This document shows positions 30,331 through 40,453 of a DNA stretch of 64,000 nt, piece after piece. Source of the stretch: Candidatus Bathyarchaeota archaeon (lineage in GTDB: Archaea > Thermoproteota > Bathyarchaeia > Hecatellales > Hecatellaceae); NCBI GenBank assembly GCA_052246995.1, contig JBQPWD010000003.1:32001-96000 (forward strand), read 5' to 3'. The position numbers and the translations under genes were made by a program. Each line of letters opens with the position of its first letter. The stretch's first letter is position 1. The notes beneath the pieces are model-generated. The model was not told the DNA's origin and ran no database searches. It saw only the letters and a list, made by a program, of their open reading frames with translations.

Positions 30331-30678
30331 TTGCCAATTATGGTGAAGTTTAAGTTTACCAGTAAAGAATTTGAAGATTGGCTTAAAGAGGAGCATAAAT
30401 CAAGTTTTAAAAGCGTTGAACAGATTAAAGATTTTGTCAACCAAGGTTTGGCTTTTCTTTTAATTTCGGGCAGTAATCTTCTAAAATCTTATATTCTTAG
30501 AAACGTTAAGCTTTTTGATAACCAAGAAAAACTTTTAAGAACGGTAAGCGGTCAGACATATCTTTGGTGGTTTTTTTCGCAAGTAGTTGAAGAAGTTTAT
30601 GCAAATAAGGAAAATTGTACAATAGTTTACAACCCTGAGAAAAGGAAGTTTAATTTTAGCTTAATCAGCAAAATCTAA
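30331..30678 (+). CDS. Hypothetical protein
   Basis: 115-aa ORF with GGAG SD; no family recognised. Confidence 0.55.
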   Translation: MPIMVKFKFTSKEFEDWLKEEHKSSFKSVEQIKDFVNQGLAFLLISGSNLLKSYILRNVKLFDNQEKLLRTVSGQTYLWWFFSQVVEEVYANKENCTIVYNPEKRKFNFSLISKI

Positions 30679-31671
30679 AGCTAAGGGTTTAACTTCGTCA
30701 TGAAGAATGGACAGCTCTTCGCTTTTTTGAAGTATTTTAAATAGTTTTTCAGCTTTTTCTAAAGCTGATTTTGCTAACCTCTCATTAATAAATCTATTTT
30801 CAACTAAGGCTGTAAGCTTATCCTTATCAATAATTTTTGGTTTTTGGCCTGGAACTTTTACAACGTCAACTTCAAGGTCTACATATCTGGCTTTTGAAGG
30901 GTAAAGTTCCGTTGGAGTGTTTATGTTGTAGAATTCTCCTTTAAGTTTTCCATCAAAACTATAGTATGAATGTTTTGTTATCCATGAACCTTCAGCAATC
31001 TCCGTTATCGCGTAATCTCCATCTTCTTTTTTAATGTTTAAACCATCATACAAACCTAAACCCTTGATTGTTCTTTTAACTTTTAAAAGATTATTAACTT
31101 CAATAGTTACACCTTTAAGCTTAACATCCTCTTCATCAGCAACCTTTACATGCTGAATTTCAATCTCACATCCAACATTAAATTTTAAAAGCTTTTTAAG
31201 TTCCCCTTCCACCTCACATCTTTTTTCAGAATTCATGCTAAGCATTTTTTCAGCTTCATCAAGTATATTTGAGGCAAAAACTCTGAATCTGTGGTGTAAG
31301 TTTACTGTTGGAATAACCTTGCTTCTCTCCTCATCTAAAATCTTCTTTGACAAGTATGGAAATTCAACGTTAAAATGTCCGTAACCAAACCATCCTTTAA
31401 TAGCTTTTTCCCTAACAACAACATCTGGAAGATTTTTTCTTAAAAAATCTACAACAGCTTCAGCAGCTTCAAAAACTCCGAGAATAACAACCCCTTGTTT
31501 ATCCTCCCTATCAACAATAGAAACATCTCCAAAATCCTGGGAAACATGGTCAACATGAAATCTTCTCATAATTTTCCCAGACATCCTAACAATTTCAAAC
31601 TCCTTAGAAATGAGGTTGGTAAGGGCTGTAGAGTAAACTCCCCTAATTTCAACTTTAAACTTACGGATCAC
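30661..31671 (-). CDS. fau-1: FAU-1 family ribonuclease (DUF402), shortened
   Basis: IRGVYSTALT N-terminus, G-YDGL, YNINTP-ELYP, RYVDLEVDV. Confidence 0.85.
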   Translation of the reverse strand: MIRKFKVEIRGVYSTALTNLISKEFEIVRMSGKIMRRFHVDHVSQDFGDVSIVDREDKQGVVILGVFEAAEAVVDFLRKNLPDVVVREKAIKGWFGYGHFNVEFPYLSKKILDEERSKVIPTVNLHHRFRVFASNILDEAEKMLSMNSEKRCEVEGELKKLLKFNVGCEIEIQHVKVADEEDVKLKGVTIEVNNLLKVKRTIKGLGLYDGLNIKKEDGDYAITEIAEGSWITKHSYYSFDGKLKGEFYNINTPTELYPSKARYVDLEVDVVKVPGQKPKIIDKDKLTALVENRFINERLAKSALEKAEKLFKILQKSEELSILHDEVKPLALDFAD

Positions 31672-31909
31672 GATAGTTCACCTAGAGGAAGCCGCAAATC
31701 CTAAAAGAAGAAAAACTTACAGTAAAAAAAGCTTTAAGAAGCTTAACCTCCCATTTAATCTGGTGTAACTGTGGTGAAACAAGATTTACGAGCGTAGGCG
31801 AAATTCGGTAAATTAACTCCAACTAAGACTTAGAATTGTCTCTCTTCTCTTAAAATAGTTAACCTTTTTGCCTTCTTTTTCATCTTTATTGTTTAAGGGT
31901 TGAAAACTG

Positions 31910-33103
31910 TTGGATCAGAGTTTTCTCTCATATAGTGTTGAGGATATTGTTAAGAAAATTTTGAAGGAAAAGCCTAACCTTAGAAGGGAGGATGTTTTTA
32001 GGCTTATTGAGAAGAAGAGAACTGATGCTAGAAACCTCTTAAATTTTGAGGGCGCGGCTTTTCTTGTTGCTGCTGAGCTTGGTGTTTCTTTGAGTGGTGA
32101 CATTAAAATTTCCAGGAGAATGAGAATCGGAAATCTTGTTTCAGGGCTTAATGATGTTACAGTTTATGGGCGGGTGCTGGCAATTAATCCTTTGCAAAAG
32201 TTTAGAAGAAGTGACGAATCTCAAGGTGTTTTAAGGAGAATTCTTATTGGAGATGAAACTGGAACTGTTGAAGTTTATGCTTGGAATGGTAAGGTTAAAG
32301 AGTTAGAGGAGCAGGAAGTTAAAGTTAACAGTATAATTAAGGTTGAGCATGCCTACTCTAGGCTTTCTATAGATGGTAAGGTTGAACTTCATGTAGGAGA
32401 AAGAGGTAGAATAACCTTAGAATCTCCTGAAATTGTCGAAACCGAAATTCCTGAGTATGAGGAGTTTTTTAGTAAAATTTCAGACATGAAAAGCGGTTTA
32501 AAAGATTTCAACTTTAAAGGTGTAGTTGTAAATATTTTTCCTGTTAAAGTTTTTAAAAGAGCTACTGGTGAGGGAAAGGTTCAAAGAGCTAAGGTTAAGG
32601 ATGAAACTGGAGAAGTTAATGTTGTTTTCTGGAATAGTAAAGTTGACGAAATCAAGGATGTTAAAATTGGAGATAAACTTGAAATTTTTGGTAGCAAAAT
32701 TAAAGAAAACATGTTTGGAGGTTTAGAGGCGCATCTAAACAAACGTTCAAGAGTTAAAGTTATACCTTCAACAGAGGAGATTAAAGAAAAAGTTTTAAAA
32801 ATTGGTGAAATTCAACCGGATATTAGAGGTTTAACGGTTGAAGGTGTAATTGAAGATAGTTTTGGAGTTAGGGATGTAACCTTAAAAGATGGTAGCAAAG
32901 TTAAGGTTTACGAGTTTTTATTGAAGGATGAAACTGGAGAAATTAAGGTTTCAGCCTGGCGTGATCATGCAGAAATACTTTCAAAGCTTCCATTAGGTTT
33001 AAAGCTTAAACTTAAAAATGTTTCCTCAAAACAAGGATTTAAAGGTGGAGTTGAGTTAGCAACAACAAGCCAAACAACCATTGAAGTTATAGCCCAAGCT
33101 TAA
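31910..33103 (+). CDS. rpa: Replication protein A large subunit (3 OB folds)
   Basis: N-terminal EGAAFLVAAELGV helix domain; three DETG-x5-W OB-fold motifs. Confidence 0.88.
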   Translation: MDQSFLSYSVEDIVKKILKEKPNLRREDVFRLIEKKRTDARNLLNFEGAAFLVAAELGVSLSGDIKISRRMRIGNLVSGLNDVTVYGRVLAINPLQKFRRSDESQGVLRRILIGDETGTVEVYAWNGKVKELEEQEVKVNSIIKVEHAYSRLSIDGKVELHVGERGRITLESPEIVETEIPEYEEFFSKISDMKSGLKDFNFKGVVVNIFPVKVFKRATGEGKVQRAKVKDETGEVNVVFWNSKVDEIKDVKIGDKLEIFGSKIKENMFGGLEAHLNKRSRVKVIPSTEEIKEKVLKIGEIQPDIRGLTVEGVIEDSFGVRDVTLKDGSKVKVYEFLLKDETGEIKVSAWRDHAEILSKLPLGLKLKLKNVSSKQGFKGGVELATTSQTTIEVIAQA

Positions 33104-33108
33104 AATTT

Positions 33109-34644
33109 ATGTTAAACATGACTGACATAGTCCTAGTTTTTGAAGTTCATCAACCATTCAGAATAAGAAGAGACTTTTTTTGGGAACATAAATTCTTTAA
33201 AAAAACTGATAACAAAAAACTTTTTGAACATTATTTTGATACAAGTTTTGATAGAGATATCTTTAAACGTGTTAGTGAAAGATGTTATCTTCCGGCTAAC
33301 AACATCCTTCTAGACCTAATTGACAAGTTTAAGCATGAGAAAAGAAGGATAAAAGTATCCTTTAGCTTATCTGGAATTTTTCTTGAACAATGTGAACTTT
33401 TTAATAAAGATGTTTTAGAATCATTTAAACAGTTAGCTGAAACTGGGTGTGTTGAATTTTTAAGTCAAACTTACTATCATTCTCTTTGTAGTCTGTACCA
33501 GTCTATGGACGAATTTATTGAACAGGTTAAAATGCACAAGCAAGCTATAATAGATCTTCTTAACTTTGAGCCTAGAATTTTTGAAAATACCGAACTTTTA
33601 TACAATAATAGGATCGCGAAAGCTGTTGAAATGCTTAATTTTAAGGGTATCTATGCTGAGGGTGTGGATAGGCTTCTTAAAGGCTCTTCACCAAACTATG
33701 TTTACAGGGCTGCTGAATGTAAAAATTTAAAAGTTCTTTTAAGAAATTTTAGGCTTACTGACGATATCGGTTTTAGGTTTTCTATGAGAAGCTGGGACCA
33801 GTGGCCTTTAACAGCGGACAAGTATGCTTCATGGCTAGCTTCAACACCAGGTCAATGTATAAACATTTTCCCAGATTATGAAACGTTTGGGGAGCATCAC
33901 CGCCCTGAAACAGGTATTCATGATTTTTTACGTTTTCTTCCAGTCGAAATTTTAAAATGGAATCATTTAAATTTGGCTACCCCATCAGAAGTTTTAGCTA
34001 AGCATAAACCTAAAGGTTTTATAGATTTTAGGGATTTTAAAGGAGGTGTCTCATGGGCCGATTTAGAGAAGGATACAAGTGGTTGGCTTAGTAACTCTAT
34101 GCAGTTGGCATACTACACAACCATAAAAAATTTAGGTAAACTTGTTGAGGAATCACAAAACTTATTGTTCAAAAAAATATGGAGATTTTTTCAGGTAAGT
34201 GACTACCTATACTACATGTATGTTGGTGAGGGGCCTGCAAGCGAAGTTCACTCATATTTTAATCCCTATGGAAATCCGTTTAATGCTTATGTTACATGTC
34301 AAACTGCTATACTTGATTTTGAGGCTAAGCTAAGAAGCTATACCTTCGCCGCCGATGAACCTTTTAGGTTTTATGTTGATATTGGTGATGAAAATTTTAC
34401 TGGATTTGAAGTTTTAAGTTTAAAGGGTTTTATTCAAGCTTTACTTAAAGTTGACATCAAAAGTATAAAATTTCATGTTAAACGTGGAGACTTTGAAAAG
34501 TGGGCTAGATTTAGTTTACATGATTCTATTCTTGCTGAAAAGTTTAAACTTTTCAGCAAATGTAAGTTTGTGGGTGAGAAATTAAGATTAAAACTTTTAA
34601 GAGTATGTTTAACTCGGTTAAAGGAGCTATCTGAAAATTCTTAG
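33109..34644 (+). CDS. Glycoside hydrolase family 57 (alpha-amylase-like) with C-terminal DUF5752
   Basis: FEVHQP, CYLPAN, TYYHSL, ENTEL, DYETFGEH, SWAD; tail SIKFHVKRGDFEKW. Confidence 0.9.
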   Translation: MLNMTDIVLVFEVHQPFRIRRDFFWEHKFFKKTDNKKLFEHYFDTSFDRDIFKRVSERCYLPANNILLDLIDKFKHEKRRIKVSFSLSGIFLEQCELFNKDVLESFKQLAETGCVEFLSQTYYHSLCSLYQSMDEFIEQVKMHKQAIIDLLNFEPRIFENTELLYNNRIAKAVEMLNFKGIYAEGVDRLLKGSSPNYVYRAAECKNLKVLLRNFRLTDDIGFRFSMRSWDQWPLTADKYASWLASTPGQCINIFPDYETFGEHHRPETGIHDFLRFLPVEILKWNHLNLATPSEVLAKHKPKGFIDFRDFKGGVSWADLEKDTSGWLSNSMQLAYYTTIKNLGKLVEESQNLLFKKIWRFFQVSDYLYYMYVGEGPASEVHSYFNPYGNPFNAYVTCQTAILDFEAKLRSYTFAADEPFRFYVDIGDENFTGFEVLSLKGFIQALLKVDIKSIKFHVKRGDFEKWARFSLHDSILAEKFKLFSKCKFVGEKLRLKLLRVCLTRLKELSENS

Positions 34645-34695
34645 TAAGAAAGTAGTAATTTTGGTTTAAGAAAGAGGAAGAAATTTAACCTTAAC

Positions 34696-35859
34696 CTACT
34701 CCTCTTTCCACGGGTTTGGAGGCTTATACTTCTCAAGTTCATCAGTAATTATTTCTTTATGAAAGCTGGAATCTCCAAATGCGTACTCTGACGCCTTAAC
34801 ACGGCGGAAGTAGAGGCCTATATCATGCTCCATTGTAAATCCTATAGCGCCGTGAATTCTTATACCACTAATGCATACATATTGGTAAACCTCGTTTGCC
34901 TTAACTTTCGCCAATGATATACTAAGCTTGGAAGGAGAGCCTACGCTTATTTCCCAAGCAGCCTTATAAACCAGATGCCTCAATCCATCAACTTCACAAA
35001 GCATATCAGCAAGTTTATGCTGGATTGCTTGAAATGAGCCTATGGGCCTATCAAACTGAACTCTTTCCTTAGCATAATTATTAGACATTTCTAGTACAGC
35101 TTCAGCTGCTCCAAGCATCTCAGCGCATTTTAAAACTGCTCCCCTTTGAAGGATAAATTCTACAATTTCCCAACCTTTGTCAATTTGACCTAGAACGTTA
35201 TCTTTAGACACTTTAACTTTCTCAAATTTCACCTCACATTGCTTATCATGTGCTGCTGTAGGTATAACTTCAACCTTAATGTTAGGTTTTTTAGCATCCA
35301 CGATCAGTACTGTTATTCCTTTCTCAGGGTCTTTTTCTTCGCTAGTTCTAGCAGCAACCAAAAGGTAATCAGCTACATGAGCATAGGGAACAAAAATTTT
35401 TGTTCCCTCAAGAACATAGCTATCTCCTTCTAATCTTGCACTAAGCTTAATATTTGAAGCCTCATAAACGGGTAGGGGGGCCTCTGTTAGGGCTACAGTC
35501 CAAATTTTTTCCCCAGTGGCAATTTTTGGTAGGAATTTTTCTTTTTGTTGTTTTGTGCCATACTGTAAAATTGAAAGTGAACATAAGATTGTAGAGAGAA
35601 GCGGACTTGGAAGTATGTTTTTTCCAGCTTCTTCCATAAGAAGAGCAAGATCCATAAACTCTCCTCCAACACCTCCATACTCCTCTGGAAGCGTAATACC
35701 CATCCACCCTAATTCAGCCATTTTACGCCACATTTCAGGAGAATATCCTTTTTCATCCTCCTCTAAACTTCGAACTTTTTCTTTTGGGCATTCTTTCTTC
35801 AGAAATTCCCTAACAGATTTTCTGAAAATTTCCTGTTCCTCAGAATAGCCAAAATCCAT
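34696..35859 (-). CDS. Acyl-CoA dehydrogenase, heteromeric small/alpha-type subunit
   Basis: LPEEYGG, GTKIFVP, RVQFDRPIGSFQAIQHKLADM, HGAIGFT, FGD C-terminus. Confidence 0.9.
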   Translation of the reverse strand: MDFGYSEEQEIFRKSVREFLKKECPKEKVRSLEEDEKGYSPEMWRKMAELGWMGITLPEEYGGVGGEFMDLALLMEEAGKNILPSPLLSTILCSLSILQYGTKQQKEKFLPKIATGEKIWTVALTEAPLPVYEASNIKLSARLEGDSYVLEGTKIFVPYAHVADYLLVAARTSEEKDPEKGITVLIVDAKKPNIKVEVIPTAAHDKQCEVKFEKVKVSKDNVLGQIDKGWEIVEFILQRGAVLKCAEMLGAAEAVLEMSNNYAKERVQFDRPIGSFQAIQHKLADMLCEVDGLRHLVYKAAWEISVGSPSKLSISLAKVKANEVYQYVCISGIRIHGAIGFTMEHDIGLYFRRVKASEYAFGDSSFHKEIITDELEKYKPPNPWKEE

Positions 35860-35878
35860 TTTACTTCACCCCTCTCCT

Positions 35879-37090
35879 CTAATAAGATTTAGGTAATCCT
35901 AAACCAAACCTACCCACAATATTCTTTTCAATTTCATCTGTTCCGGCGGCAATAGATAAGCCTGGGAAAAGCCAGTAAAGGCTTTCTACGCATCCCCTCA
36001 ACTTAGCCCATTTTGAATCCCTTTGTAGGGGGTCCACTTGAGAGTAAGCTCCAAGAATTTCTGTTCCAGTAACAGCCAGTCTTTCAGCTACATAGTCATA
36101 GTATACTTTATCTCTTGATGGTTCATAAACCGGAATCATTCCTTTACCTATTTTCCAAGCTGTTTCATATACAATCATTCTTAAAGACTCGATCTCAACC
36201 TTTCTTTCAGCTAGCTTATGACGTATAACCGGATTCTTAATTAAACCTGTTTCCTTAGCATACTTAATCAACTCATCTAATATTCTTTTGCAATACCCAT
36301 AACCTGAGGCGCCAACACTTCCTCTTTCAAAAGCTAAAGAACCCATTAGAACATACCACCCTTTCCCCTCCTCTCCAACAAGATTTTCAGCAGGAACCCT
36401 AACATTGTCAAAGAAAACTTCGTTAAATATGTGATAACCGTTATAATTTAATAAAGGATTAACGGTAACCCCTGGACTTTTCATGTCAACAATCAAAATA
36501 CTTATACCCAAATGCTTTTTTGGAGGGTTGGGATCTGTTCGAGCTGCAAGCCAACACCATCTAGCTCTATGAGCAGCACTTGTCCATATTTTCTGCCCAT
36601 TAATCACATACTCATCTCCTTCTCTTATAGCCCTAGTTTGAATATTGGCGAAATCTGAGCCTGCGTTAGGTTCACTATACCCAGTACACCAAACTCCATC
36701 AGGTTCTCCTGAAGCTATAAGTGGAAGAAATTTCTCTTTCTGCTCTTTTGTACCTACTCTTATAAGGGTAGGTCCAACCCAATCTACACCACTAACCCCC
36801 ATTGATACGCCTGGAACACCCCAATAAGCCGCCTCCTCTCTGTAAACTGTGAATTCCCATATGGATGCACCTTTACCCCCGTACTCCTCAGGCCAATGCA
36901 TGGTTAACCATCCTTTTTTAGCAAGTTTCTTTGACATAGATAGTGCAAATTGCCAATCTTCATCTCTACTTTCCTCTTCTAATGCCGCCACCAACCAACC
37001 TTCTGGTAATTCTTCTCTTACAAATTCTCTAATTTCCTTCCTCAATTTTTCCTCCTTTTCACCAAACTTAAAATCCATTTTTTCCACCAT
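35879..37090 (-). CDS. Acyl-CoA dehydrogenase, heteromeric large/catalytic-type subunit
   Basis: WPEEYGG, GYSEPNAGSD, NGQKIWTS, FNEVFFDNV, LAFERG, AGTDEIEKN. Confidence 0.92.
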   Translation of the reverse strand: MVEKMDFKFGEKEEKLRKEIREFVREELPEGWLVAALEEESRDEDWQFALSMSKKLAKKGWLTMHWPEEYGGKGASIWEFTVYREEAAYWGVPGVSMGVSGVDWVGPTLIRVGTKEQKEKFLPLIASGEPDGVWCTGYSEPNAGSDFANIQTRAIREGDEYVINGQKIWTSAAHRARWCWLAARTDPNPPKKHLGISILIVDMKSPGVTVNPLLNYNGYHIFNEVFFDNVRVPAENLVGEEGKGWYVLMGSLAFERGSVGASGYGYCKRILDELIKYAKETGLIKNPVIRHKLAERKVEIESLRMIVYETAWKIGKGMIPVYEPSRDKVYYDYVAERLAVTGTEILGAYSQVDPLQRDSKWAKLRGCVESLYWLFPGLSIAAGTDEIEKNIVGRFGLGLPKSY

Positions 37091-37244
37091 AAAGCTTATT
37101 TTACCTGTTATTGCTTCATTTAGTATAAATAATTCTAGTATTGGTATAAATTTTGGTGCTCGTCATTTATAATGGTTACTAGCTTAGGTAACTTAATTTT
37201 TAGTGAAAAAGCTTTTTCACGGTTTAAGGGCTTCCATTAATTAA

Positions 37245-37608
37245 ATGTGGAAGATTTTTAATCTGTTTAGTGACTTTATAGGCTTAAGGTTTATAAAGTT
37301 AAAGATGGTTTAACCTTTATGCATTAAAAATTGATAAGAAACTTTTAAATCTTTATAGCGTTATATGTGGTGGAGTAAATGTACTCCTTAGCTGGTACTG
37401 GCGTGGATAATGAAATTTATATGCCTATTGAGGTTTAAACAAGCTACTTCTCATCTGTTTTTTTCAGGGAAAATTCCCCTGCAAAGGCAAACTTGTTCAT
37501 AGACAAGAAAAAAATAGTCTTCTTAGAGTCTGAAGTTTTTCTGAAGATGGAAAACTTGTTACTAACGCTGCTGAAGTCTTCTACGTTTTTAAAGCTAAAA
37601 ATAGTTAA
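37245..37608 (+). pseudogene. Decayed PaaI/hotdog-fold acyl-CoA thioesterase
   Basis: Fragments read across frames: FSDFIGLRFI…LLNLYSVICGGV / MYSLAGTG…IEV*TSYFSSV / …KLVHR…VFLESEVF / EDGKLVTNA…FYVFK. Several frameshifts and a stop. Confidence 0.75.
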
Positions 37609-37610
37609 AT

Positions 37611-38321
37611 TTAGCTTTTAGCTAAAATTACTCTTGCATCTACAACTTTTGCACCTTTCTCGTACACAAGTATAGGGTTTAGATCCATTTCGCTTATCTC
37701 AGGATGATTCATAGCCATGTCAGAAACATTAAGTAATATTTTAACTATTGCGTCTATATCCGCTGGAGGAAGATTTCTATATCCCTTCAAAATCGGATAA
37801 CCTTTTATTTCTGAAATCATTTCTTTAGCATCAAGCTCTGTTATTGGACAAACCCTGAATGAAACATCTTTAAGAATTTCAACAAAAACTCCCCCAAGAC
37901 CAAACATAACTGTTGGTCCAAATTGTTGATCTTTGATAAGACCAACAATTACTTCTGTTGATGGTTGAGCCATTTCTTGAACAATAACCCCAACAATTTT
38001 TGCTTCAGGTTTACGTTTTTTAACGTTTGAAATTATTTTTGAGTAGGCTTCTTTAACCTTTTCATCGCTGTCAATGTTTAAAATCACTCCACCAACATCA
38101 GACTTATGTACGATATCCGGTGAAACAATCTTTAAAACTACGGGGTAACCTATCTCTTTGGCATATTTTACAGCTTCATCTTCATTTTTAGCAACCCTCA
38201 CCTCGGTTGTAGGTATGTTATAAACTTTGCATAAAGCTTTAGCTTCATCTTCCATTAGGAAGTTTCTACCTTCATTTAGGGCTTTTTGAATAATTTCGAA
38301 ACCCCTCTTATCTTCAACCAT
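37611..38321 (-). CDS. acdB: ADP-forming acetate/acyl-CoA ligase beta subunit (ATP-grasp)
   Basis: GYPVVLKIVSPDIVHKSDVGGV, FGPTVMFGLGG, DLNP, VDAR. Confidence 0.93.
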   Translation of the reverse strand: MVEDKRGFEIIQKALNEGRNFLMEDEAKALCKVYNIPTTEVRVAKNEDEAVKYAKEIGYPVVLKIVSPDIVHKSDVGGVILNIDSDEKVKEAYSKIISNVKKRKPEAKIVGVIVQEMAQPSTEVIVGLIKDQQFGPTVMFGLGGVFVEILKDVSFRVCPITELDAKEMISEIKGYPILKGYRNLPPADIDAIVKILLNVSDMAMNHPEISEMDLNPILVYEKGAKVVDARVILAKS

Positions 38322-38747
38322 CTTTTAATCCTCCTTAACCTCGAAAGGTAGACTACTTTTAAGTTATGGTTTTGCAAACTACAATATATAATTTTCCTAG
38401 TAAACTTAACAAAATAAATTTAGGTTTAAGAAGTTTACCAACTACAAGTAATAGTGACTTATGTTTTCCCATTAAAAATAAACCAAAAATTTATGGGGGT
38501 TATTTGGTGTACCTAATTTTCTGAAAAAGCTAGCTTTACTACTGCAAACCTTTAAGCTATAAGAATGATAAAATTTGCTTTACAATTTTCGGGTTAGCGC
38601 AAAGTTTTAAGTGAATGTACAAGAAGTCAATGTATTTGTTTATGGTTGTTATTCAAGATTTTTCTGGTCTGAAACAGCTTCTTTAGTCGGTTAATGCGTC
38701 ATTAGAAGTTTCAGCTGGTTTAAAGGCAATGTAGAATTTGATGAAGT

Positions 38748-39557
38748 TTAAACTTGCTTTTGAGTTTCCCTTTCTCTTCTTCTTCGTTCAAGAAATTTTT
38801 CTATATACTTTAGCTGGTTTTCAGTCTTAAGGCATAAGGTTTGAATATCCGCTGAATAGTTTATGAGAGTTATAAGGTCAATCTCTAAAGCCTTATTCAG
38901 TATACTTTTAGCCATGCCTATTGCTATTGGGCTGTTTTCCAGAAGCTTCTTAGCTAAATTTATTGTTTCTTCTTCAAGCTTATCTTCAGGCACAACTTTA
39001 TTGACTAAGCCTATTTTTTCAGCTTCTTCAGCATCAATAAGCTGTCCTGTTAGAACAAGCTCCTTAGCTTTTCCAAGGCCAACAATCCTTGGAAGTCTTT
39101 GCGCGCCGCCCATATCTGGTATAAGCCCAAAACTAACCTCTGGAAGACCTAGCTTAGTATTCTTTGATGCAATTCTCATATCGCATGCTAAAGCTAACTC
39201 TAATCCTGCACCTAAAGCAACACCGTGAAGTGCTGCTATACTAGGCTTACTCATATTTTCAAAGAGAAGAAGCGCATCATTAATTCTTCTTATATCTCTT
39301 CGAACTTTCTCGGCGCTAACCTCCTTAAACGCTTGACCAAATGCTTTTAAATCTGTTCCTGAAGAAAATGCTCTTCCAGCACCTTTAAGTATGACAACCT
39401 TAACATCTTCATCCTCAATCATCAACTTAACAGCTTCAGAAAATTCTTCAAGAAGTTCTTGGTTGATGGCATTTAAAACTTGAGGTCTGTTTAAGATGAT
39501 TTTTCCTATACCCCCATCTTTTTCAAGAAGAATATTCTTAAAGGCTTTACTTTCCAC
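38748..39557 (-). CDS. Enoyl-CoA hydratase/isomerase
   Basis: LNRP–LNA, AFSSGTD, GAGLELALACD, PEVSFGLIP. Confidence 0.93.
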   Translation of the reverse strand: MESKAFKNILLEKDGGIGKIILNRPQVLNAINQELLEEFSEAVKLMIEDEDVKVVILKGAGRAFSSGTDLKAFGQAFKEVSAEKVRRDIRRINDALLLFENMSKPSIAALHGVALGAGLELALACDMRIASKNTKLGLPEVSFGLIPDMGGAQRLPRIVGLGKAKELVLTGQLIDAEEAEKIGLVNKVVPEDKLEEETINLAKKLLENSPIAIGMAKSILNKALEIDLITLINYSADIQTLCLKTENQLKYIEKFLERRRRERETQKQV

Positions 39558-39841
39558 TTTTAAATCACCAGTTAAATGGTAACACAGTAATTACACTTAA
39601 TGTTTTATTGTAGGTCACATTGATTTTAAATTTTTCTTGGATGGTGAAGAGACACAAGTAAACTTTAAAAGCATTGGCTTCTTAAGCCAATTTTTCTTAT
39701 TTTTTAAACTTTCTATCACATAACCCCTTATTGGCACGTCTTCATGTTGTTTGCAGAAGTGTTAATGCTTTTAACGGTGAAATATAAAAATAAGTTTCAT
39801 ATGAAAGTATATAGAAAACGTAGAACAAGGTTTCAGCATGG

Positions 39842-40186
39842 ATGTCTGAAGAACGGATTATTATAACAACAATGGAAAAAATACCGAACGCAGAGGTTAG
39901 TGAAGTTTTAGGTGTTGTTTGGGGTTCAAGCATTAGAGCTAAACATTTAGGTAATAATATCGTTATGGCTTTGAAGAAAATTGTTGGAGGTGAGCTTGGA
40001 GCTTATACTCAAATGCTTGAAGAGGCAAGAAGAGAAGCAGTTTCAAGGATGGTTTCTCAGGCAAAGAAGCTTGGTGCTGATGCTGTTGTGGGGTTTAGGT
40101 TTTCGACCTCAATGGTTACAACAGGTGCCGCTGAAATTATTGCTTATGGAACTGCCGTAAAACTTAAAAGTCGTTTTACTCTCTAA
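39842..40186 (+). CDS. YbjQ/UPF0145 family protein
   Basis: IVGGEL–YT–MLEEAR, LGADAVVG, AEIIAYGTAV. Confidence 0.92.
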   Translation: MSEERIIITTMEKIPNAEVSEVLGVVWGSSIRAKHLGNNIVMALKKIVGGELGAYTQMLEEARREAVSRMVSQAKKLGADAVVGFRFSTSMVTTGAAEIIAYGTAVKLKSRFTL

Positions 40187-40453
40187 CCACCGTTAACTAT
40201 TTATAAGATTTTATGCTTACTACCGCAATAGAACCACCTTTTTGTTTTCTCTCCTTTTTCAAAAACCTGTTGAAAGCTATTAGGGTGAAACTTTTTGCAG
40301 AGATATTTTGGTTTATTCGAAAAGCTTAAATCTAGCTTTATTATTTAAGATTTCAGAATTAACCTAAGCTGTTGTTGTCGCTGGGTAAAGTTTAGGTTTT
40401 AACTTTTAGAGAGAATTAAAAATTTGGAAAAGTTTTTAGGAGGTTGATGAAAT

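Noticed and set aside
38340-38745. 400-bp gap possibly hiding an sRNA or pseudogene
   Set aside because: No complete C/D box set, strong hairpin or recognisable translation found by eye.
39675-39705. Hairpin ATTGGCTT-CTT-AAGCCAAT followed by T's (bacterial-style terminator)
   Set aside because: It lies between divergent genes with no upstream + strand gene to terminate; short and plausibly chance.
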